Part shown: one piece after another, positions 37,035 to 46,951 of the stretch | Numbering within the stretch: the first letter of the stretch is position 1 | How the letters are laid out: every line of letters begins with the position of its first letter | Source: Sedimentisphaerales bacterium | GTDB taxonomy: Bacteria; Planctomycetota; Phycisphaerae; Sedimentisphaerales; Anaerobacaceae | Length of the DNA: 64,000 nt | Direction: 5' to 3' | Assembly (NCBI GenBank): GCA_963814265.1 | Contig: CAWFCJ010000043.1 | Coordinates: 32,338 to 96,337 of the forward strand | Made by a program: the position numbers and the translations under genes | The notes under the pieces: generated by a model | What the model saw: the letters and a program-made list of their open reading frames with translations, nothing else | Database searches by the model: none | What the model was told of the DNA's origin: nothing

Positions 37035-37871
37035 CTATTTGAAGATTTTTTTCATTGCCCGGGCGGTTTTTTCGGGCCGGCCCGGCTGAAAAGGCAGCAT
37101 CTCTGCGGTGACATAGCCATCGTAACCGATATCGGCCAGAGCCTTCTTAACCGCTGCGAAATCCACGTCACCCTCCAGCAAATCAACAAAGCCCTCCACC
37201 GTGCCGACCGACCGCTTGAAATCCTTGATGTGCACGCGCTTGATTCGCTCGCCCAGGATGCGGATCCAGTGGTCTGGATAGCCGGTCAGTAACACGTTGC
37301 CCACATCAAAATACGCCCCAACAAATTTCGAGTCGAGACTGTCGATGAAGTCGCGCATCTCCAGCGGGCTGAGCAAGAACTTGTTCCAGACGTTTTCGAT
37401 ACATAATGTTACGCCGGTCTCTTGGGCAGCCGGCAGAATCTGTTTGACCGCTTCGGTCGCACGCTGGTAGCAGACATCGTAGGGGATTACCTCGGCATCG
37501 GGCAAAAAGAACACGTCCACCGCGCCGGGCACAAAAAGATACGCATCAGTGCCGAGCCATTTGGCTACCTGCAAGGCCTGGCAGGTAAAATCAACTATCT
37601 TTTTTCTGACGCTGGCCTTGTTCGCGGTAGGCGAACAGGTCCAGCTTTCGCCCGAGGCGACACTGGAGATCTCAATGCCGATTTTTTGGGCGGCGGCCAC
37701 AATGTCTTCACACTGAGCCCGCGTGGCCTGGTGTGTGAGGACGCCTTTGCTGGCAATGGCAAGCTCAATCGCTTCAAATCCAAGCTCTCTTGCATCCCGC
37801 ATCGCCAGGGCTATTGGCTTTGTCGCTTCCAGTCCACCCTCGAACATCCAGTAGCTTGCACTTATCTTCAT
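37035..37871 (-). CDS. Sugar phosphate isomerase/epimerase (xylose isomerase-like TIM barrel)
   Basis: MKISASYWMFEGGLE.., FEAIELA, LCIENVWNKFLLSP, YFDVGNV and HIKDF. ATG at 37871 is preferred to the track start. Confidence 0.8.
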   Translation of the reverse strand: MKISASYWMFEGGLEATKPIALAMRDARELGFEAIELAIASKGVLTHQATRAQCEDIVAAAQKIGIEISSVASGESWTCSPTANKASVRKKIVDFTCQALQVAKWLGTDAYLFVPGAVDVFFLPDAEVIPYDVCYQRATEAVKQILPAAQETGVTLCIENVWNKFLLSPLEMRDFIDSLDSKFVGAYFDVGNVLLTGYPDHWIRILGERIKRVHIKDFKRSVGTVEGFVDLLEGDVDFAAVKKALADIGYDGYVTAEMLPFQPGRPEKTARAMKKIFK

Positions 37872-37941
37872 CTTAAAAATGAGTATAATCAAGATATTAG
37901 AGTTTGAAAAGATTTTTCTGGTGACATTTGAGGAACCGAAA

Positions 37942-39990
37942 ATGGGCGAAAAAATTGAACGGCGATCGCTATTACATGAGATCGTCCTGGCTCTACTGTT
38001 CTTTGCAACGCCGGCGGTCGCCGAGGCGGGACTTGAGTTTCCCGGCCCGGCGCCTGGCGATGCGCAAGGTTTTGGCCAACAAAAATGAGCTTATCCTCGA
38101 AAACAACGTGCTCTCTTGCACCTGGGATGTTTCGCAAGGCCGGGTCAAGCTCAAGAATGTGACGGATAAGAAAAGCGGTATGCGGAGCATACCCTACAGC
38201 CTGGAGACTGAATGCCTTCAACTCATTTTGCAGGACGGCCGGATACTGAAAGCCTCCGAATTGAATATCGTTGGCGAGCCGGAGTTGACCAATTTGCAGC
38301 CAAACCGAGAATCGTGCCGGCTGGCGGAGCGGTTCGGCGGAAAACAGATCACTGTAAGGCTGGTTTCCTCCGATGGAAACCTCGGCATCCAGTGGCGGGC
38401 GATTTTGCGAGATGGCTCAAACTATGTCCGGCAACAAATGCTTCTAACAGCGAGCGATAAACCGATCAACGTAAAGGAAATAGAGCTGGTGGAGCTGGCA
38501 GCCCCGGGCGCTAAGGTAATGGGCACGGTGGATGGCTCGCCCGTAATCGTGGGCAACATGTTCTTCGCACACGAGCATCCTCTATCCAAAAGCCAAATTC
38601 TGCCGGGTGATCCGCCAACTCTACGTTGTATCGTACCCTGTGGGGCGGTAATAAGGCCGGGACAACACTGGGTGCAGAGCTCGGTTATCGGTGTTGTGCC
38701 CGAAGGACAGCTCCGGCGCGGATTCTTGTATTACATCGAACGCGAGCGGGCCCAGCCCTACAGGCCGTTCCTGCATTATAATAGTTGGTACGACATCGGC
38801 TATGGGGGCGAAAAAATCCAGCAGCGGGATTTTCTGCAGGTGATCGAACTATTCGGCACAGAGCTGGTCAGGCAGCGAAACGTGGCTATGGACTCATTCG
38901 TCCTGGATGACGGCTGGGACAACACCGCTTCATTGTGGCAATTTCACGAGGGATTTCCTAACGGTTTTATCCCGCTGCAGCAAGCGGCCAACAAATATGC
39001 TTCGACTTTGGGGGCATGGCTTTCTCCCTGGGGCGGCTACGGGCAAGCCAAGCAGCAAAGGTTGAAGTATGGCCAAGAGCAAGGCTTCGAAATAAATCCG
39101 AGCGGTTTCTCGCTGGCCGGCCCTAAGTATTATGCCCGATTCCGTGACGTATGCCTGAATATGATCCGCGAGTATGGACTCAACTACTTCAAATTCGACG
39201 GTATCGGCACTGGCGGAACCCTACCGGCGTACCTGCCGAATTCGCCCAGGACATCAACGCCCTGCTGCGGCTTATTACCGATCTGCGAACGGCAAGAGGA
39301 GATCTGTTCGTGAACGTCACGACCGGCACCTGGCCCTCGCCTTTTTGGCTGTGGTACTGCGACTCGACCTGGCGGGCAGGCTCAGATTGGGGCACGTTCG
39401 GCTGGGGCTCCAAGCGTCAGCAGCAAGTTACCTACCGTGACAACGAAACCTACCACAATGTCGTCTGCCGGGCGCCATTATATCCGCTCAACTCGCTTAT
39501 GACTCAGGGCGTTATGTTTGCCAATCACGGACTTCCAGATGAACCTAATGGCCTGGTCGAAGACATCCGAGATTTTTTTGCAAGCGGAACTAATTGCCAA
39601 GAGCTGTATCTTACGCCGTCCTTGTTAGACTCGCAGACTTGGGATGCTCTGGCTGAGGCAGCGAAATGGTCACGTGACAATGCGAATGTGCTGGTAGATA
39701 CGCACTGGATAGGGGGCGACCCAGCTAAGGGCGAGATTTATGCTTGGGCAGCCTGGTCCTGTCAAAAAGGCATCGTGTCACTGCGTAATCCTCACGATAA
39801 GACCGGCAGAATCACGCTCGACATCGGCAAAGCTTTCGAGTTGCCGGCGGGCGCGGCACAGAAGTACTCCTTGAAAAGCCCCTGGAAGAGCGATGCGGGC
39901 AAAGCACCGATTATGCTATCTGCCGGCCAAGAACACACGTTTGAACTGAGGCCTTTTGAGGTGCTGGTCTTCGATGCGACGCCGCTATAA
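37942..39990 (+). CDS. Secreted clan GH-D-like glycoside hydrolase (alpha-galactosidase-like 'DDGW' / 'KFDG' motifs); at least two frameshifts
   Basis: Signal-like MGEKIERRSLLHEIVLALLFFATPAVA in ORF 37879-. The body is in ORF 37928- (FVLDDGWDN, LNYFKFDGIG). It continues in ORF 39151- (NVTTGTWPSPFWLWY..). Junctions lie near 38050-38080 and 39215-39235. Confidence 0.65.
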
Positions 39991-41174
39991 GCGTGCATGT
40001 TATAGGCGGGAACCTGGTGGCCAGGCGAACCATCGTTTCATAGTTGGCCATCATTCTGGGCGTGATTTTCCGCCCGTTCGGGGCCGATGACGGCATCAGG
40101 ACGAAGCCCTTTCCCTCGCCGCTTGTCCCATCTATCAAGGCCCTGTCCACGACCTTCTCAAACTCAGCCGGCTCCGTACTCTCCAGGTCGGCAATCTCCA
40201 GATTTCCGAAAAGAACCAGGTCCTTGCCGTACCTGCGGCGGACATCAGCCAGCTCCACGTCGCCCTGTGGAGGCGGTTCGATAGGGTCAATTGCATCTAT
40301 GCCCATATCGACAATGTAGTCAAGGACGGCACGAATCCTGCCGTGGCAATGAATTCGGGCAAAACCGCCGTACTTTTGGATGATCTCGAACCATCGGGCC
40401 GGTGTACCGCACCACGTACTCTTTGAAAAGATGCGGCGGCAGGTAAGGCTCAGTGAGCATATTCCGGCCCGTATATCCGCCACAGGTGGCCGGGAAACGC
40501 CTTCGCTGCTTTCTCAGTCCTGGCGATATATATGGCGGGAGAGCTTTTCGAGCAGGCGATGGAAAAGTTTCTGCTCGGTCAAGGCAATAACGGTAAAGTC
40601 TTCCATACTGAAAAGAGACGCTGCTGCACAGATAGGGTCTTCCGTATCGACCATAACGATGCCACGGTCGCCGAGCTTTCTCTTCCTCCACCAGACCTGC
40701 CACGTTGACCTGCTCGGCGAAAACCTCATCGGGCAACTGCAAATATGCCTTCAGGTCGTCTATATTTTTGAGCAGGTGCTCCAGACGTCCACACGGTATC
40801 AATGTCAGGATTGCGGCGGGTCAGTGACGTGATGGTTCTACCGCCAACCTTCAGAGTCACCCGCTTGAAACGGGACCATCCTCTTCATATTTTTCTGTCC
40901 TGAAGAATTCGCTCGCCGGGTCTCGAGCCTCTGACTTGTGTGGGACTCGCTCGACTTCATGCGAGCGGGACCTGACGGGGCTGCGCATACGAATAAGATC
41001 GGTTTGCTCCTCCGCCAATTGTAGCAACGGCTGCCAGGATGGGTCGTTATAAACGTTGAACCTATCCGGATCGGATGGGTCGATCTGGAATCCGCCGATC
41101 TCGTAGAAGTTAACCGCCGGCCGGTCCACCGGTTCGCCGCGTAGAGTGGCCATCAGCCGTTCACGCCGCGTCAT
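39911..41174 (-). CDS. Uroporphyrinogen decarboxylase (URO-D) family protein (MtaA/CmuA-like methyltransferase or decarboxylase); several frameshifts, 3' end uncertain
   Basis: MTRRERLMATLRGEPVDRPAVNFYE in ORF 40857-41174. Middle pieces are in ORFs 40514-40729 and 40320-40802. The C-terminal part ..IHCHGRIRAVLDYIVDMGIDAIDPIEPPPQGDV..GKGFVLMPS.. is in ORF 39911-40483. The last 80 nt overlap the convergent gene that ends at 39990. Confidence 0.6.
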
Positions 41175-41359
41175 TGCACCTTCTCGGCCTTGCCCATCTT
41201 TGCTCCGGCTGATTCCTGGGCATCAGCTTGCTTGCTGAGACTTTTGAAAAGCGCTCGGATATTCAGGAAACCGCCGACCAAAACAACTACTGCCAGAATA
41301 ACAAAAAGCCCAAGACTAATGAGAAAGAACCACGACCAGAACTGTATCCAGAAATTCAT
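41171..41359 (-). CDS. Small single-TM membrane protein, translationally coupled (ATGA) to the URO-D-like gene
   Basis: 62 aa, MNFWIQFWSWFFLISLGLFVILAVVVLVGGF followed by a charged tail. The stop overlaps the ATG at 41174. Confidence 0.5.
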   Translation of the reverse strand: MNFWIQFWSWFFLISLGLFVILAVVVLVGGFLNIRALFKSLSKQADAQESAGAKMGKAEKVQ

Positions 41360-41442
41360 TTCTGGTTGCTCCTAACCCGGACTAGCCGGAATCAAATAGG
41401 TGTATGATGAGTTCTCAAAAAATCGAAGTTGGGCATACTTTG

Positions 41443-41474
41443 AAAAGCAAAAATGCGGCAGCCTTTTTGCTTTT
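41443..41474. terminator. A/T-stem hairpin, probably a bidirectional intrinsic terminator
   Basis: AAAAGCAAAAA-tgcggcagcc-TTTTTGCTTTT, with 11-bp perfect arms. Confidence 0.5.
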
Positions 41475-41510
41475 CAAACCATCAGAGACCAACATCAGAA
41501 CATCGTTCTC

Positions 41511-41552
41511 TATTATTTGAGCACATCCCCAGCCGGATTTGCTCAAATAATA
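41511..41552. other. 13-bp perfect inverted repeat (operator-like or hairpin) downstream of the symporter gene
   Basis: TATTATTTGAGCA-N16-TGCTCAAATAATA. Confidence 0.5.
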
Positions 41553-41611
41553 TATGTCCAACTTCAATTTTTTGACCATCTTGCGCACAATTTCATTGCT
41601 CGGGGACTAAG

Positions 41612-43132
41612 TCAGGCCGAAGCACGACGATCAGGAAAAGCTAACGAACCAAGCACCATCAAGACAGTTGCGATCACAATAACGCTCAGGCCGACAATTT
41701 CGCTGGCAATGTTTATCCCCACCAACCGCTGTACAGGCTTCAATCCGAGAACCGCGCCAAAACCTGCAATCAGGGCAAGATAAGCTCCTACCCGGCTGGC
41801 CCGCTTCCAGTAGATTCCAAGAGCCAACACTGCAAATGCCCCCGTAAAGTAAATGGCCCCGGAAATCGCCATATAGTCCCACAAGTCCTCGCCTAAAGGA
41901 TACCACAGGCCCCAGACCAGGACGAAGATGCCGATACAAACGATGAATATCCGCACCAGCGTAATACGCACCTTCGATGACAGTCCATTCTTAAACCAGG
42001 GCGTCACCACATCCTGGGTAAGCACCGTGCTCCAGACCAGCAGGTAGCTGTCGTGGGTGGACATAAAAGCAGCCAGCATTGCTGCGGTGACGATTCCGAT
42101 AAGACCGGCGGGAAGTATCTGGCTTAAAAATACCGGCATCGCCATCAGCGTGACTTGTGGATCAGCCTGACCGCCGGCGGGGATGAAAATGTTTTTCAGC
42201 GCTCCGTGCTGGGCAATATAAACGAAAGCAGATATTCCCAGGAAGTACGGCAGCAGAAAACGCATAAGGAATCCGATGGAAGACCACATATAGAGGCGCT
42301 TGACCGTGGCGGTGTCTTTCGCGGCGCATGCCCGAATCACCGCAGTTTGCCAGACCGCGCAACTGACAAGGCCCAGAAAGAACATCCACACCACGTAAGC
42401 CAGGCCGAATCCTTCAGTGTCAAACGGGTCAAAACCGGCTCTACCTTTCAACAAGGATACCGTCTCAATGATGTTGTTCCAGCCGAGGCTTCTGACCGAT
42501 AGCAGTGTCGCAAGCAAAAGGCCGAAGGTCAACACCACAAACTGAACATAATCGAGCACCACCTCTGAAACCATTCCGCCCAAGACGGTATAGAGGATAA
42601 CCACCGCCAGCAAAGAGGTCATTATCATCTTAAGTTCAAACGGGGAGGTCAAGCCGGTAACACACGTGATGAAAACCGCCGCCGCTTTGATGAACATCCC
42701 CATATTCAAGATGCCGGACAAGGCCAGAATTATCCCGCCCAGAATGCGGACGTTGCGTCCGAAACGCTTCTCATAGAATTCCGGGATCGTCATCACGTTC
42801 ATACGCCGAAGCGGCACGACGATAAAGCCGGTCAGCCCAACCAGCAGCGTCACAATGGCGGCGGCCAAAGCAATATGAAATGCTGCAAAGCCTCCGACGA
42901 ATCCCTTCTGGGCAGAATACATAACCGTCACCAGACACAACTCGGTCGCGGTCATCGTGGCAGCGCCGAGAAACGTCTTCAGGCCGCGACCGGCGATGAT
43001 AAAGTCCGTGACGTTGCTGACATATCTTCTTACGTACACGCCGATGGCCAACACCGCGATCACGTAGCCGACCACGATGCACCAATCCAGCGCGGTAAAA
43101 TTCGTATGTATCCCGGCAGAACTTAGGTCCAT
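41612..43132 (-). CDS. Sodium:solute symporter (SSS) family transporter
   Basis: 506 aa, uninterrupted, with about 13 hydrophobic helices. The N-terminal ALDWCIVVGYVIAVLAIGVYV..DFIIAGRG is typical of SSF. Confidence 0.9.
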   Translation of the reverse strand: MDLSSAGIHTNFTALDWCIVVGYVIAVLAIGVYVRRYVSNVTDFIIAGRGLKTFLGAATMTATELCLVTVMYSAQKGFVGGFAAFHIALAAAIVTLLVGLTGFIVVPLRRMNVMTIPEFYEKRFGRNVRILGGIILALSGILNMGMFIKAAAVFITCVTGLTSPFELKMIMTSLLAVVILYTVLGGMVSEVVLDYVQFVVLTFGLLLATLLSVRSLGWNNIIETVSLLKGRAGFDPFDTEGFGLAYVVWMFFLGLVSCAVWQTAVIRACAAKDTATVKRLYMWSSIGFLMRFLLPYFLGISAFVYIAQHGALKNIFIPAGGQADPQVTLMAMPVFLSQILPAGLIGIVTAAMLAAFMSTHDSYLLVWSTVLTQDVVTPWFKNGLSSKVRITLVRIFIVCIGIFVLVWGLWYPLGEDLWDYMAISGAIYFTGAFAVLALGIYWKRASRVGAYLALIAGFGAVLGLKPVQRLVGINIASEIVGLSVIVIATVLMVLGSLAFPDRRASA

Positions 43133-43210
43133 ACTATCTCCTGCTTATGACAACCTGTACAGTAACCACCAGGTTCGCTTCTGGCGATTGGCATAGTCCA
43201 AATAACCTTG

Positions 43211-43570
43211 TCATTTCGTCAGTATCATCTTTATCGAAATCATAAGTAGAGCCAAGCCGAAAAGCCTGCGTAAGAGAGGCTCCGGCAGTCCCACAACAAT
43301 TTTTGCGCCAAGTAAGCCTCCGAAGAAAAAGCCAAGACATACAAAGGCTGCTATCTTCAGATCAACGTAGCCTTGATTATAGTATTGCCAGGCGGCCAGG
43401 AGACCGATAGGCGGAACCAGCAGGGCCAAGGTTGTGCCCTGAGCCTGGTGCTGCGAAAGGCCGAATAAAAAGACCAGAGCGGGTATTATTATGACACCGC
43501 CGCCCAGACCAAACATTCCGCTAAAAACGCCGGTCAAAAGACCCAAAAGAATGTAAAGGACTATGCTCAT
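43211..43570 (-). CDS. TauE/SafE family (sulfite exporter-like) membrane protein, short 4-TM form
   Basis: LLTGVFSGMFGLGGGVIIIPALVFLFG..QGTTLALL is the family signature. 119 aa. Confidence 0.75.
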   Translation of the reverse strand: MSIVLYILLGLLTGVFSGMFGLGGGVIIIPALVFLFGLSQHQAQGTTLALLVPPIGLLAAWQYYNQGYVDLKIAAFVCLGFFFGGLLGAKIVVGLPEPLLRRLFGLALLMISIKMILTK

Positions 43571-43583
43571 AAGAACTCCAAAC

Positions 43584-43651
43584 GTAAAACTTCAAAGGCA
43601 AAACTGTGGAATTCCATACTTTTTGGCCTTTAGCTTTAAGTTTTTAGCTTT
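43584..43651. repeat. GAATTC-centred palindromic intergenic repeat (copy 2)
   Basis: GTAAAACTTCAAAG..AAAACTGTGGAATTCCATACTTTTT..TTTAGCTTTAAGTTTTTAGCTTT. It overlaps the trpC stop codon by a few nt. Confidence 0.55.
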
Positions 43652-44456
43652 GTAGGCCGAACAGCTCAGCAAACTTTTGTTCTATATCCGTGCTTTCGCA
43701 CAAGACCTGTCCCACCAAAACCGCTCTTACGCCTATTGACTTCAGTTTCTCGACGTCGGCTCGTGCTCTTATCCCGCTTTCAGCGACAAGTTCACTTTTA
43801 CTATCCAGAAGTCCCGACAATCGGCTGGTTGTGTTCAAATCCACCTCCATTGTGGATAAATCCCGATTGTTGATTCCCAGAACGCTGTAACCCTTTTTCG
43901 GAAAGCCGACCAGGCTGCGGACTTTCAATAAGGTGTCAGCCTGGTGGACCTCCAGAAGCACTGTCAACGTCAGCTCCGCAGCAGCAATCATCATATCCAT
44001 CAGTTCGCCGGGTTTAAGGGCCTCGGCTATCAAGAGTATCGCATCAGCACCGGCGGCTCGCGACTCGTAGACCTGCCAGATGTCGATGATAAAATCTTTT
44101 CGCAAAACAGGCAGATTGACCGCCCTGGCAATCTCTTCAATATATTCGAGCCGGCCCTGAAAATACTTCTCATCGGTCAGAACACTGATCGCGTCGGCGC
44201 CGCACTTTTGGTAAGTCTCAGCAATCGCCACGGGGTCGAAGTCCTGCCGAATAAGTCCCGCCGATGGCGAGGCTTTTTTTATCTCCGCTATTACATTTAT
44301 GCCGCGACGGTTGGGCTTGGTCACCGCTTTGTAAAAATTGCGGCACTTGGGCATCGAGCGAACTTGATCTTTAAGTTGGTCCAGACTCTTTTGAGCCTGT
44401 CTGTGATTCACCTCCAGCCTTTTGTCAGCGATGATCTGGTCTAACATGTTCGCCAA
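43644..44456 (-). CDS. trpC: Indole-3-glycerol phosphate synthase
   Basis: VIAEIKKASPSAG, ISVLTDEKYFQG, LPVLRKDFIID, GADAILLI and GINNRDL are classical TrpC motifs. Confidence 0.9.
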   Translation of the reverse strand: MANMLDQIIADKRLEVNHRQAQKSLDQLKDQVRSMPKCRNFYKAVTKPNRRGINVIAEIKKASPSAGLIRQDFDPVAIAETYQKCGADAISVLTDEKYFQGRLEYIEEIARAVNLPVLRKDFIIDIWQVYESRAAGADAILLIAEALKPGELMDMMIAAAELTLTVLLEVHQADTLLKVRSLVGFPKKGYSVLGINNRDLSTMEVDLNTTSRLSGLLDSKSELVAESGIRARADVEKLKSIGVRAVLVGQVLCESTDIEQKFAELFGLQS

Positions 44457-44462
44457 AGCGGT

Positions 44463-44855
44463 CTACCCCGCGACCTTAACGTAGCCCATGCGCAGTTGGT
44501 TGAGCGTATTGGTCAGAACTTCCGTTTCTTCTTCGGTCAGGTTGCCTTTGGTTTTCTCCTCGATCATTTCGAGCATATCGATATTGTATTTTGCCAGCTC
44601 TAAGTCCGGCTTCCTTTTTCTGCTCGCCCTTCACTTGCAGCAGACCCAGGGCAAAGAAAGCCTGGGTGGCGAGCATACTTATCAAGGCAAGAAAATCTCC
44701 CTGGGGCAAAGGTCCTCGTCCGGCCTTTTGCGCCGCAGGTTTTTTCTTCTCGGTTTCTTCCTGAGCGGCTAATATCTCTTTTTGCGCTGAGCCTCTTTCT
44801 TCCAATCTTCATCGACGATGATCTTCTTTTCCTGTTTTTTTTGTTCGTCAACCAT
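44463..44855 (-). CDS. DUF1844 domain protein; two frameshifts as sequenced
   Basis: ATG at 44855 (MVDEQKKQEKKIIVDEDWKKEAQ..). The middle is in ORF 44476-44805 (GDFLALISMLATQAFFALGLL). The C-terminus is recovered in a third frame (LELAKYNIDMLEMIEEKTKGNLTEEETEVLTNTLNQLRMGYV), with the stop at 44463-44465. Confidence 0.65.
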
Positions 44856-44885
44856 TACTATCCCCTATACCCTGTACCCTATGCC

Positions 44886-45377
44886 CTATTTTTTCCTGCG
44901 GTACTTTTTCATATCTCTGTCGATGTCCCGCTTCTGGTCTCTTTCAGTGATTGCCTGTCGCTTGTCGTATTTTCTTTTGCCTGTGGCTAGTGCCATTTCT
45001 ATTTTCGCCAGGCCCCTGTTGTTGAAATATACCCGCAGCGGCACAAGTGTAAAGCCTCGCTGCTGGAGCTTGGTTGCTATCCTGTGGAGCTCCGCCTTGT
45101 GCAGAAGTAATTTTCTATTTCTGGCTGGCTCATGGCCGACTTGACCGGCTTGTTGATACGGGGCTATTTTAGCGCCGATCAGCCAGCATTGGTCGTCCCT
45201 TATCCTGCCGTATGAGCCGTCCAGGTCTGCCTGGGCGGCCCGCAGCGATTTTACCTCGGTGCCCAGCAGAGAAATACCAGCCTCGAACTTCTCAAGAAGC
45301 TCAAAATTTCGATAAGCCTTTTTGTTAACCGCTCTGGGAGCTTGCTCGTCTTTGTGCTTAGAGGATTTTACCGCCAT
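44886..45377 (-). CDS. smpB: SsrA-binding protein SmpB
   Basis: NKKAYRNFELLEKFEAGISLLGTEVKSLR, APY, NRKLLLHK, GFTLVPLRVYF and KIEMALATGKRKYDKR. Confidence 0.9.
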   Translation of the reverse strand: MAVKSSKHKDEQAPRAVNKKAYRNFELLEKFEAGISLLGTEVKSLRAAQADLDGSYGRIRDDQCWLIGAKIAPYQQAGQVGHEPARNRKLLLHKAELHRIATKLQQRGFTLVPLRVYFNNRGLAKIEMALATGKRKYDKRQAITERDQKRDIDRDMKKYRRKK

Positions 45378-45440
45378 TTGCGTTACGATAGCCGCAGCAG
45401 CAGTTTATTAGTATTTAGCCCTGGATTTCACCCAGGGTTC

Positions 45441-45860
45441 TCACCTTATGAACCGGATGGTTAAGGGATAGCGATAATGGAAACCATTGTTGGCCTTGAC
45501 CGCCGCAATCAAAAGAAAGACCACGTCTACGATGTATGCGGCAACCAACAGAGGAATACCGATACAAACAAAGCATAGAAGCGCGGCTACAAATCCGTAT
45601 ATTGACATAGATATCTGGAAATTTACCGATTCTTTGCCCTGCTCGTCAACAAACGGAAAATCATCTTTTTTGATTTGCCAGATTATCAGCGGTGCCACGA
45701 TGTTGCCGACTATGGGTATCAGAAGGACAGCAAGTCCTGCCAGGTGGCAGAACATCGCCCACATACGGGCGTCTTTATTGATTTCCTTGCTCGGCGAACT
45801 TGGCGGAGCAGCATCGACTTGAACTTGTTCAGGCTCCCGCGTTTGGTTTGTTTGCGTCAT
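45441..45860 (-). CDS. DUF4870 (Tic20-like) membrane protein
   Basis: ARMWAMFCHLAGLA..APLIIWQIKKDDFPFVDEQGKESVNFQIS. AAGGAG lies 7 nt upstream of the ATG at 45860, which is preferred to 45878. Confidence 0.7.
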   Translation of the reverse strand: MTQTNQTREPEQVQVDAAPPSSPSKEINKDARMWAMFCHLAGLAVLLIPIVGNIVAPLIIWQIKKDDFPFVDEQGKESVNFQISMSIYGFVAALLCFVCIGIPLLVAAYIVDVVFLLIAAVKANNGFHYRYPLTIRFIR

Positions 45861-46115
45861 GGTCAGGCTCCTTTGCATAACAGTAGAACTTTCGGGACAA
45901 TCCCATCTCTTTTAGCAGAGAGCACCTCAGCCGTCAAGAATAAAAGTGCCTGGCCGCCTCCAGCGGGCCAAATCGGATTTCAGGTTTCGAGCCCACGTTT
46001 AGCCATCGCCGGCACAGCGATGACAAAAGGCAGTTGCCAAAAGCCTCAGGCAGTAATAATATATTCCCCACGAAAACCGAGGTTTTGTTTGGTTATTGGA
46101 TACTCCGAGCCGCTC

Positions 46116-46895
46116 ATGACCGTGTCAGAAAATATTGTTCCAGCAGTGGTACTGACTATCTTGGCGGGACTTTCCACCGGCATAGGCAGCGCCATCGCTT
46201 ACCTGATCCGCAAGCCAAAGATAGCCTATCTTTGCTTCTCGCTGGGCCTGTCAGCCGGCGTGATGATATATGTGTCCTTTATGGAACTTCTGCCCGGCGC
46301 TTTGCAGAGGGTTGGCAAATTCTGGGGTATTACTGCCTTTTTTCTCGGCATAGTTGTCATTGGCCTGATAGATATCCTCACACCCGGAGCGAAAAATCCT
46401 CACAACTATCGGGGACTCGATGCTCCCACCGCCGCCCCACAAAACAACGACCTTATGCGCACGGGAATAATGACTGCGCTGGCCATCGCAATCCACAACT
46501 TGCCCGAAGGCGTGGTTACTTTTGCATCAACACTCAGTGACGTAAGGCTCGGCCTATTCATCGCCATAGCTATTGCTCTGCACAACATTCCGGAGGGAAT
46601 CGCGGTGTCTGTGCCCATCTTTTATGCCACATCGAACAGGAACAAGGCGTTCCTCTACTCATTTTTGTCCGGACTCTCCGAGCCTGCTGGTGCCGTAATC
46701 GCTTATCTGGCGCTGCTTCCATTTTTAACGCCGGCTGTTCTGGCAGCAACTTTAGCCTTTGTCGCGGGAGTGATGATATACATATCCTTGGACGAGCTGC
46801 TGCCGATGGCGCACCGCTACGGCTATGGACACGTTGTCATTTGGGGCGTGGTTCTTGGGATGCTGATAATGGCCATAAGTTTGGTTCTGCTGTGA
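46116..46895 (+). CDS. zupT: Zinc transporter ZupT (ZIP family)
   Basis: MTVSENIVPAVVLTILAGLSTGIGS.., AIAIHNLPEGV and IALHNIPEGIAVS. Only the last 260 codons of the 406-aa track ORF look coding. Confidence 0.9.
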   Translation: MTVSENIVPAVVLTILAGLSTGIGSAIAYLIRKPKIAYLCFSLGLSAGVMIYVSFMELLPGALQRVGKFWGITAFFLGIVVIGLIDILTPGAKNPHNYRGLDAPTAAPQNNDLMRTGIMTALAIAIHNLPEGVVTFASTLSDVRLGLFIAIAIALHNIPEGIAVSVPIFYATSNRNKAFLYSFLSGLSEPAGAVIAYLALLPFLTPAVLAATLAFVAGVMIYISLDELLPMAHRYGYGHVVIWGVVLGMLIMAISLVLL

Positions 46896-46951
46896 GACGC
46901 CCAATTTAGGTGCGACGAATTTCAGTCATGAGATTCTGAAAGGACTGTGTT

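Noticed and set aside
45378-45440. A tmRNA (ssrA) gene next to smpB.
   Set aside because: The flanking intergenic gaps are only about 30-60 nt, far too short. No tRNA-like acceptor/T-arm sequence was seen anywhere in the window.
45675-46115. A 147-codon N-terminal extension of the zupT track ORF (406 aa).
   Set aside because: The extension overlaps the divergent DUF4870 gene and intergenic DNA and has no ZIP-family similarity. ZupT homologues begin at the MTVSEN.. methionine (46116).
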